A DNA stretch of 64,000 nucleotides from Mytilus trossulus. Taxonomy: Eukaryota. The notes beneath the pieces were generated by a model that was not told the origin of the DNA, ran no database searches, and saw nothing but the letters and a program-made list of their open reading frames with translations. How positions within the stretch are numbered: the stretch's first letter is position 1; each line of letters starts with the position of its first letter. Of this stretch, positions 13,898-24,800 are shown piece by piece. The stretch is taken from NCBI RefSeq assembly GCF_036588685.1, contig NC_086381.1:39990001-40054000 (forward strand). Direction: 5' to 3'. A program made the translations under genes and the position numbers.

Positions 13898-14812
13898 AGT
13901 CTAATACTTCACGCGGACCTCCGGCTTGTCAACGGATCATCCGCTTACAATATTGACAATTAAGATGACGAAAGGGGTTTATCAAGTAAGAGAAAAAACA
14001 TCGGGTCTATAAATCCTGTTTTCGTATTTAAGAAAGATACATTTTATAATAAAATAAGGGTTTATCACATCCCAGTTCATTGCTACATAATCAATTGAGA
14101 TATCAAACCTTTTTTTTTAGAGTGAAATACATATCAAGTTAATTTGCAGTTTTAATAAACTATAAATGCGAAAATAATTTAGTTGTGTTGAATTTGAATA
14201 CAAGTATGATGTACCAAAACAGAGTCAGGTTTTGATAAAAAGGTTCTAACAAAAATACATTTTGTTCCTTAATGATTATTTTAAAGATTGAAAAAGGTAA
14301 AACTACTACTGGAGTATCAGTCCGCAATGCAGGGTAAACATCCGTTTTGGGGCCATATTAGACAATCAGTCACCGAGGGTATCATCCGCTAAGTAGCAAT
14401 GGTGTACTATCGTTCCCAAGGGTATCCTCCCCTAGGAGGCCAGTTGTTCGTTCATGTCTTGGGTTCTAAATGATACATTGTTGTCCTGAAAATGCATGAA
14501 ATATTTGCCACTGGACGTTATCAACCAACAATCAATCAGTATTATTGATACATTTTGTCATAAGTTTTCAGTTAATAAATATTATTATTTTACTAATCAA
14601 AGTAGACCTCGGACATTTTAGCAGTGTTGTTTGGGTACTTTTTGTTATGTGCTTTGTGACCCTTTTGTACATAGGATGCAGGTTATTCTAGAAACGTGTG
14701 TATAAAACATTCTGTTTCATACTTGGTCGCTACCGACAACTATCAAACATACATGTATGACAGGGATAAAACAAATTGCAGGTTTCTTACTGCCTCTAAA
14801 ATTATAACCAAT

Positions 14813-15347
14813 GACTTAATCCACTTCGTCACAAGGGGGACATAGGGCGACTACATAGTCGTTTCTGTAACGTAATATTTTTTACAAGTTAGGGGTTTTG
14901 TCCCTAAGCTAAACCTTCTACGTGAAGGGTCGGGTTGTTCTGTAGGGGTTTTCAATCCCGTAGACGATTGCTGTTGCTAGCGAGTTCCATCTACCCAGAT
15001 TTTCTGTTTGGATTAACTTCCATAGCCTTTGCCTATTCACAGGTCACCCACAAGGCATTGGGGAATTTAACCCATAGCTGGGGCAAGGTTAATGAGAGCC
15101 AGGTCGTATCCACTCGCCGGTGGGCCTGAACTCTGCATCTCTAAGGCTCTTGCTGCTCTGAGATCCCTTGCATATTAGCCTGAGATACTAGACCCCAGTA
15201 TCTGTGTATTGCCGCGAGAAGGCATTGCAAGAGTCACGATGGTGTAGAGGCTTTGTACCAGCAGGATAGGCTGCCGCACTGGGCTCTCTTTTCGTCCACA
15301 AAGTGGACTGGCTGATGGTGGGTGTGAAGTCTATGACCTCACCACAC
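14813..15347 (-). mobile_element. Non-autonomous RTE-type LINE derivative (5' UTR fused to 3' tail), TSD-flanked
   Basis: GC-rich island. RTE-like 3' end GCCCTATGTCCCC...GGATTAAG and an RTE-like 5'UTR-end motif at ~14878-14940. Direct repeat AAATTATAACCAAT at 14799-14812 and 15354-15367. Confidence 0.65.
15167..15347 (-). ncRNA. HDV-like ribozyme fold (probably partly degenerate) at element 5' end
   Basis: P3/L3 GCC-TTCTCGC-GGC; P1 GTGTGGT/AATACAC (6 of 7 pairs, long J1/2); P2 CTTGCA/TGCAAG; P4 AGATACTG/TAGTATCT; J4/2 CTAAT. P1.1 is imperfect. Confidence 0.55.
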
Positions 15348-15674
15348 TCTAATAAATTATAACCAATATTTGATATATTTATCATGGCATGCAAGGTCCC
15401 CGGAGAACAAAATGTGAGTCAATTTAAGAGAAAAAAATAGCTGCACGACTTTCGTTAATATTCTTCAAAAATTAAAAGCTCATCAAATTTAAAGTTTTTG
15501 AACAAGATTGTGTTCATTATGCTCTGTAATATGCTAGTAAATTTTATTTTCATACGGAAGTAAAAGTATGTATATTAATTGCAGCTAATGTTGTTGTTTA
15601 AAAATGTTCAACTATGAGTAAACAATATGTTGATTTTATAAATTGTTTCTACTTTTATGTATACAATTATAGTT

Positions 15675-15885
15675 TTATTGGCTATATGTCTGCATTTCAA
15701 CTTGGTCAGGTTTCTCCAGATCCTCATACGTATTGGGAGGTTCAAGTTCTAGATATGGTCTCTCTGAAGACGTGTCACTACCAGATCTAGATGTATCAAC
15801 ACGTTCATTTTCATTTTCTGTATCGTCACGGTATACTTGACTTTGTATGCTCTGAATGTCTTCATAAATAGAAATGTGTTGCAAG
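15675..15885 (-). CDS. IgSF receptor last exon: cytoplasmic Tyr motifs
   Basis: SIYEDI ... PYLELEPPNTYEDL; TTTCAG acceptor, phase 2. Confidence 0.8.
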
Positions 15886-18800
15886 CTGAAATGAATATAT
15901 TTTAAAATTTTGTTTCTCAATTTTATAATCATTCATGGATCATACAAAGCAATAGAGTAGTTATTCCTTCTGCTTAAATGAGTTACATACATATGTAAAA
16001 TACATTTTATCATTTTGTCTAACAAAGGAACCGGATTTCAATTGAGGAAGTCCAATAAACAGGGAAAAGTTGAAATAGGTTTAGTTAAGAACGTGCACCA
16101 GACATCCATGACATATAAAACAGTACAATGTAATTCTTCATTATAGAGTGTTAGAATGGTTCCCTATTCTTTATCTGTTTGGCTCTGACAACTGTCTCGG
16201 CTGTACGTTTGTTGCAAGGGAACCAGCCTACATATTGTCATAGATGGGTTTATACATTTATGGTATAGTGTATACTTGAAATGTTGTTTTTTTGTTGTTG
16301 GTGGAATTGATATATGCAATCTGCAAAATTAATTTGCCCAAAAATAACATGGGTGCATAGAGAACGTTCCGGGAAAAGTTATTTTTTTCATAACAGGAAG
16401 AAAATCGTTCTTATATTTATGAGTGGTTGTTGAGGAAACTATTAAAATGTATACTACGAATAGATTTTAATCTAAAATTAAGACAATTAATATATGATCT
16501 ATTAAGAATGTCTCTCTTTATACATTTGTTTGTATTTAATACTAGAAACTTGTGAAACTATATACATTTTTGTTAAAATAAAAGGATTTCTTATTCTAGT
16601 GTGACATAACTTCAGTGCAGCTCTTACTTTTTTATTATAATTGAGGACCATAGAAGAAAACTCAATTATATCATTAGATGCGTGACAGTCGACAAAATTT
16701 ATGCCAGTGCTTTTTTCTTCCAAAAAATCTGTTGAAGTTTTACCTGTTTTCATCGTCTGGTTCTTGTTGTAATACTTCAGCTGTTACAACTTCTTGACTA
16801 AAACATGAAAGTAAAATTACAATAAGAGAATTATTATAATTATCATTGTAAAACCACCCATTTTATCATTTAATAAGTAGCTGCATTCTTATTATAATCA
16901 CGTAACTATTGTAGGTTACAATAAACCTTTAGAATGTATAGGCGCAGACATTTTATGAAGATGATGCAGCCGTTTTATGGAGATGATAGCATGGTATTCA
17001 GAATTAATATTATGACTATTCTGATTGGTCAATATGTGCGCCTTGGTCGATATGTGCGCCCGTTATTTATTATTATTATTATTAGAGACTTCGTGCATTC
17101 TGCATTATACCAAAGGCCAAATAAATTATTTTCTTAGACTTAACGAAACTGAGATGTCTTTTCAACGCTAGAATGAGACACGCATGTTTAGTGCAAAATT
17201 GGTAGGCATGGGAGATATAAGTACAAATTACGTATAGAAAAGTCACTGGAGCGTAAATCTTTTGAACTAAAAATACTGTCCGAAACATTTTTTAATTGAT
17301 TGTAGCAAGGTTTCGTTATAAAAAAAAAAACAGTTTTCTTAAATCTGTAATTCCAGTGGTGTCCAGGTGGGGCCCGGGGATTGAAACCTCCTTTTTTAAC
17401 AATCAATGCATTTGAATGGGGACATAAATTTGGAACCCCCTTAAAAATTCTGGGTTGGGACCACACCCTTTGTAAAAAAAATACTTGATTCGCTCCCGCA
17501 TATCTATAGTAGTAAATGGCAAACAAAGATTTCGAAAAGATTGAATATGAGAATATGATAGGAACTGCTTAAAACCATAACCCATCAGCGATCCACTACT
17601 CTTTATCCTTTCAAACGTTAAATAAATGATTGAAGACTGTGCACACATTTTCCATACATAATTGTACAATGAAACGCGATATTATGTATCTGATTAAATA
17701 CAAGTGCTATCATATACATATTCATTTGATAAATATTAAATTATATACTGGATTTATGACACACTTTATACGGTTAAGATATAAAACTATAACTAAACAT
17801 TTATAAGGGGGACATTCAGATAAAGTGATTTACAATGGCTTACCATGACCCATTTAGACAAGTTATCTTATTAATTTATAACAGTGGAAATTGATATCTG
17901 AGATGATATAATTTCTATATTATACACATGAAATAAAACAATACAATACCTGTGTCCAGTTGTATCTACCGAGTCTAAAGCAGGGGGTGGAACATACCTA
18001 ACATGTGGAGAAAAAAAGAAATGCATAATAACATAAATGTCTTTGATTTGACTGCTAACTTACAAAATAATAACACAGAACGAACAACGTATTTTTTTTT
18101 TTTGTATTTGAGTATCTTTTTTTGTTACCTGCTCTTCAACTTATACACATGTAGTAACACTTACGGTACCAATTTTCTTGCACCAGATGCGCATTTCGAC
18201 AATACATGTCTCTTCAGTGATGCTCGTGGCGTAAATATTTGAAATCCAAAGCTAATATAAAAGATGAAGAGCTATAATCCAAAAGGTCCAAAAAGTATAG
18301 CCAAATCCGTGAAAGGAATGAGAGCTTTGCATGAGGGAGATACATTCCTTAATTTATAATAATTTCTATCATTTTGTAACAGAAAATTTTAATAACACAA
18401 AAAATCCGTATTTTCATGCCAGTACCGAAGTACTGGTACTGGCTAAGGGCTGGTGATACCCTCGGGGACTAATAGTCTACCAGCAGAGGCATCGACCCAG
18501 TGGTAGTAATTACATTTACGGTACAAATTTTCTTGCACCAGATGCGCATTTCGACAATACATGTCTCTTCAGTGATGCTCGTGGCCAAAATATTTGAAAT
18601 CCAAAGCTAATATAAAAGATGAAGAGCTGTAATCCAAAAGGTCCAAAAAGTATAGCCAAATCCGTGTAAGGAATGAGAGCTTTGCATGAGGGAGATACAT
18701 TCCTTAATTTATAATAATTTCTATCATTTTGTAACAGAAAATTTTAATAACACAAAAAATCCGTATTTTCATGCCAGTACCGAAGTACTGGCTACTGGGC

Positions 18801-21800
18801 TGGTGATACCGTCGGGGACTAATAGTCCACCAGCAGAGGCATCGACCCAGTGGTAGTAATAACATTTACGGTACCAATTTTCTTGCACCAGATGCGCATT
18901 TCGACAATACATGTCTCTTCAGTGATGCTCGCGGCCAACATATTTGAAATCCAAAGCTAACATAAAAGATGAAGAGCTATAATCCAAAAGGTCCGAAAAA
19001 GTATAGCCAAATCCGTGAAAGGAATGAGAGCTTTGCATGAGGGAGATACATTCATTAATTTATAATAATTTCTATCATTTTGTAACAGAAAATTTTAATA
19101 ACACAAAAAATCCGTATTTTCATTCCAGTACTTCGGTACTGGCTACTGGGCTGGTGATACCCTCGGGGACTAATAGTCCACCAGCAGAGGCATCGACCCA
19201 GTGGTAGTAATAACATTTACGGTACCAATTTTCTTGCACCAGATGCGCATTTCGACAATACATGTCTCTTCAGTGATGCTCGTGGCGTAAATATTTGAAA
19301 TCCAAAGCTAATATAAAAGATGAAGAGCTATAATCCAAAAGGTCCAAAAAGTATAGCCAAATCCGTGAAAGGAATGAGAGCTTATAGATATAGACAGGTG
19401 AGAAATTTAACTGATGCCTTCAAAATTTACATTTTTGCACTTGAGCCCATTCAGCATATTACAAAACAAAATGACTGTATTTTTTTTTCTGTCTATGAAA
19501 AATAACATAAAAAATGTCGGTAACATTATTTTAAAGTGTGCACCAAATTTGTTATGTTATTTCGAATAGACAGAAAAAATGTTTCAATTATTTCTAATAA
19601 TTAAATTCTAAATTCCGTTTTAAACCGGATTAAACCATAAAAAAAGGTTGATGATGTCACGTTCACATGACTAAATTATGGCCATGAGCTGACAAACAAA
19701 GCAACGTCAGCCAATTAGAAGACGTTACATCCAAAATTTAACTATTTACTAATAAATAGAATAACAAAAATAACAGACTCCATGGAAAATTCAATACAGA
19801 AAGTCTGTTAACAAATGACAGAAAAAAAAAGCTCAAACACACCAAACTATAAATGGAAAACAACTATCATATTCTTGAATTGGCACATGAACATCCCTAT
19901 GTAGAAAATAAGCTGTTTTTTTTACTAGTGCCAGTTTGGAGTGTAATGGTTATAAAAAGGAAACTTTATAATTAAATTGCATAATTAATAGATGGTACTC
20001 ATGTAAACTGAGAGTTCACCAAGTGTGGTACTGATCTATAGTGTAATACCGGTATGCCTTTGTCTTTTGTCTGAAAATCCCTTCATGATTGACAGAGTTC
20101 GCTCGCCAACATAACTTTGGAATACTAAAACCTATACGATTGAACTGTATTCTATCGGTAGGTTTTAAAAACTGTGTCCAATAAAACTTTTCAACATGTA
20201 TAAAAAGTTAAGCATTCGTCGAAAGCATTGCAACCTTTTAAGAAACGGTACCGACTATGGTGCGGGTAAAAGAGGTTGGAAACAGTTATCCACTGTCAGC
20301 TGAATTGACACAGACACGTCTAAAACTGTTTCTGAGTCTATCCCACAGCTGCATGGATCTTAGTTCAAGTAAGTAATTGGAGTTTATGGAAAATGTTTTT
20401 TTTTTCTAATTCGTCGTTTAATACTCGTATAGCTAGTAGTTTACCAAAAACTTTCAAGAACTCTTTAAATAAGTCATGCTATTGATTTCAACGTTCAAAA
20501 TTGAAGATTTTAGAAGAGCTTATTTTGGCGATGTAGCTCTCAATACGTTCATGTTCATTACTTTGAGTTTAGCTTGAATATGAAAATCATAAAATCTTTG
20601 AAATAATTTGCATGTAATTTAAAGTTAGCAATTTGAAGTTAAATATTTTTATTCGGAATTAACTTTACAACATATTTGGTTGCACAAAGGTAATACGGAA
20701 GCCATTTGTATAAATGTTGCAACTATTTTATTTGGATATATACTTCTTAACAAGGTCCGAATATGGTATTTGTCTGTAACTAAACTCTTCATTGATACCA
20801 GACTTAACACAATTGTACGCCAGACGCTGAACCTATGTTTAAGTGTTAAACGTGAAGTGTTACAACACTGAAGCATTTTCTATTATATGAAACAAGGAGA
20901 TAGTATAGTACATCTGTAAGATTCTGTCCTGATATAAAGTTAAAGAAATACATTTTTTGGTCTGAATTCTAGCCGACCTACATGCTTTATGACGACTTTC
21001 ATTTATTCTTGAGATGAAATTTCGTGCGAAAATTGTGGCTTATGTGTATCGATATATCTAGTTTATTTGTATTCATATGCAACGGATAGGAGTTAATCCT
21101 ACTTGTACACGGACGCATCAATATTGAATTTATTTTACAAGTGTATTTGATATCTTAACCTTTACTCTTAGTACAGAAAGCAATAGATTTAGATTAAAGG
21201 TGATAAGATGACAAAATCAATACTCTGGGCGTCTCTTTGGTGTTTAATAATATTGTACCTGTCCAGTTAAATATCACAATATATTCATATGCTTTTGCAA
21301 GCCTACTATACCTTGTTGTACTCTAAACTCATTCTGTGGAAAGAAACACTGTTTAACACTTATACTTATCTTGTGATACTATCTTCGTTAGCTGTGCTCG
21401 ATATACTACCACTATAAATACAACAATAATCGTAAGACCAAGAAAAGCACCAACCGTTCCATAAGCATAATCCAGCCGACTTTTAACTACAAATACAATA
21501 ATACACAAACGAAATGAAGCAGTTCTTGTGCAGGTGTAGTATACAGAGAAAAAAATGCATATGTTTAACTCTACATAATTTATATTGCTTCAAATCGCTT
21601 GTTTGTAGTATGTTTTTGAATATACTCATACAATAAAAATTATGCTCGTTCAGTTTTGGTGAATATTAATCTTATAGACAAGACCTGTTTTCCAAGTCAT
21701 AGGAAGAAAGTTGTAGATGGATTTTCATTTCATAAGATAAAAAAGCTTAACAATTATTACTTTTAATCAAGATGCCTTTGCATTACAGTTTTTGTCTGCT

Positions 21801-24800
21801 TGGTCCTGCGATGGTTTGTAATGGTAACTATCCCCTTTTCCAAAATAGACAAAATATAAGGAAAATAATGTTTAACGTTCCGTGCTGTAGTTTCAGTTTC
21901 GCATAAAATGTAATATCAAGACCATAATATTAATTTTAATATGTTTTAATAATAATACGAAAAGAACAAATACTTAGTATTAACAAGGAAATAAAATATC
22001 AATGATAAAAATCATAATACATGATTTAAAATAATTCCAGCTAAAAGTGAAAGAGAACTTGTTTTAATCTATTGTGTTTAAAACTAAAGTACCTGTATAC
22101 AATGTAAAAAAAAGTCATAAGTGTAAGGTATACAAACCCTCGTTATTATTTCCTGCTTTTGTTTTATTTTCCCAAATACGAATAGCATCTAAAACTTCCT
22201 TTTCTTGAAAGTTTGCTTCTATTATACCAAAATGATTTCTTACTGAACAAGTGTATATAAAACCTGATGAATTTGATGCTGTTGTTAACAACATGGACGC
22301 TTTAAATCCTTCAATAGGGACCAATGTATTGTAGATAGTTAGATTGACGTAATGTCTGTTCAGTGGTAAAGTACCAGGATGTCGAATTGTTTTACTGTTG
22401 AGTAACCACTTTATTTGAATTGGTTCAGGTTTGGAATAAAAGTAAACATCAAGATTCACACTTGTTTTGTTTAGAACGACTATGTCAGTAAACGAAAATA
22501 CTGGAAGACCTGCAAACAAATATTCGCTTAAATAAGATACATGTACCAACTGACAAATTTTAAAGAATTTACAATATTACTTTTTTTTTTGTGCTTAAAT
22601 ATAAAGTGTTTATAAAATGTTAAAATCATTCGATAAATGGATTCTCTACCTCTAAGAAACGATGACCTATTAGATTTGGTACAGTATTTCTGAATGTTTG
22701 AATTTTGAATACTCCTCAACGTCATAATTCACTTTGCCTTCTATTCGATTCGATTAGAGTTCCACTGTTTGCCCTTTTGTAGACTTTTATTGTTCGATTC
22801 CGATTCGTGTCAAATCAAAATGCTATCAGATGATTACCCACTGAACACTCAGCATTTCGAAATGATAATAACACTTTTTACATCAATTTATCGTCCACGC
22901 ACGAACTTGTGCCAGAAAAAAATACATCTGGACATAGTAACCTCACTTTTGATATAGAGATGTGATTTTTTCTGAGCCAAGTGCTTGTCGGACCATCCAC
23001 AAGAACTTGCGGTCACCCGATGTTCAGTACATCAGTACTTTGATTATCTTTGCCTTCATAGGGAACATCATAATTCACTTTGCCTTCTATTCGCTTCGAT
23101 TAGAGTTCCACTGTTTGCCCTTTTGTAGACTTTTTGAGGGTCCTTATAGCTTGCTGCTCGCGTTTTGAACCAAGTCACAGTGCCGTGTGTCCGATTCCGA
23201 TTCGTGTCAAACCAAAATGCTATCAGATGATTACCCACTGAACCCTCAGCATTTCGAAATGAAAATAACACTTTTTACATCAATTTATCGTCCACGCACG
23301 AACTTGTGCCAGAAAAAAAATACATCTGTACATAGAAACATCACTTTCGGGTATAGAGATGTGATTTTTTCTGAGCCAAGTGCTTGTCGGACCATCCACA
23401 AGAACTTGCGGTCACCCGATGTTCAGTACTTCGGTACTTTGATTATCTTTTCCTTCATAGGGAACAAAGGAACGTAAATAAATGAAAGTCAGTGATGTAC
23501 TTTTACCAGTTTTTTGTGTTATTTTACTTTTTAAGATATGAGGAGCTATATGAGCTAATAAGGGAACAAAGGAACGTAAATAAATGAAAGTCAGTGATGT
23601 ACTTTTACCAGTTTTTTGTGTTATTTTACTTTTTCAGATATGAGGAGCTATATGATCTAATAAGACATGAAAAGTGCCACCTAAGGTCTGATTTGACTAA
23701 ATGAGTTGATACCTTAGTTTCCAAAATTGTACTTAGTTATGCACAATTTTTGTGTCAGAATGTCATTAAATTAATACATAAGCTATGTATCGGGAATCAC
23801 AAACCGCTTGATATTACATCATACCAAATTATAAATCGAGAGGAGGATGTTCCGTTCAACATATTGTTATCACACGAGCTACCACTTAACATCTCCTTCT
23901 GACGGCGTCAGTCTAAATATGTGGGTATCAGATCACCGTCATGTAATTGTTCTGTAGATGCTTGTAGTATGCACTTCTCAGCATCTGACACACATCACTA
24001 AATTCAGCATTCCTTGATAAACGCAAAAAATGAAGTAGAAAAACACAAGAGGATGCAAAGCCATTAGAATATTTGAACCGAGGCCATCCAAGCATTTGCG
24101 AAAAAGAATAATTTTAATACAATATATTATTATAGATGCTCTTACCATGAACGGTTACTTTTGCGCTTGATTTGTACACTTTCTCGCCCGAGGTCCATTC
24201 GCAAACGTACGTCCCAGTATCTTTGTAATCGCAAAACTTTATTGTCATAGTGGAAATATTACCATTCATTTCAGAGGAGGGTGATCGAATAAAAATTCTA
24301 TTTAGCTTATGGATCCATTTAGCAGTCCATTCTGTTTGTAAATGTTTGTCCTTGTTAACACATGTCAATTCCACACTTTCTGACGTATTGCAAACTGCTT
24401 CATATGGTACTACAGTGACCATTCCAGCTGATAATATATTATTTCATTGCTTAAAAAAAGTAAACCATAACAAGGAACACAGTTATATTATTTCTAAGTA
24501 AAATTTAGACCTGTTGACAAGGTGTCAAGGATGGAACTATCTCAAAATTATAGAAATTGATAAAGCATTCAGCGTTTCATAACTCACCGAATTGTTTTTC
24601 TGTTATACTTAATGTGTTACCAAATAGTCAATTATGATTATTTAAAAAACAAAGATCATACATATTTTCAATTATGTACAGAGACTCACTATTTTATATA
24701 TTGTAAAATTGGCTGAATTCAACTTAATGCCCTTCTCAATTTCTGCCAACTTTCGAAATTATTAGAAAATTGGTTTTGATTTGGTCTGTTATAATATAAA

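Larger units (their letters stand above)
18151..19383 (-). mobile_element. Retrozyme-like tandem array, family A (~3.5 units of 350-355 bp)
   Basis: Near-identical tandem units, each carrying a hammerhead ribozyme on the minus strand. Confidence 0.9.

Noticed and set aside
14365-14705. Plus-strand retrozyme relic (CCGAGGGTATCA boxes, GAAACGTGTGT)
   Set aside because: Too degenerate and with no hammerhead core, so not reported as a ribozyme.
21361-21375. CAAG|ATAAGT as a mutated splice donor making the receptor a pseudogene
   Set aside because: The downstream exons require phase 2, which the adjacent AA|GTATAA donor provides.
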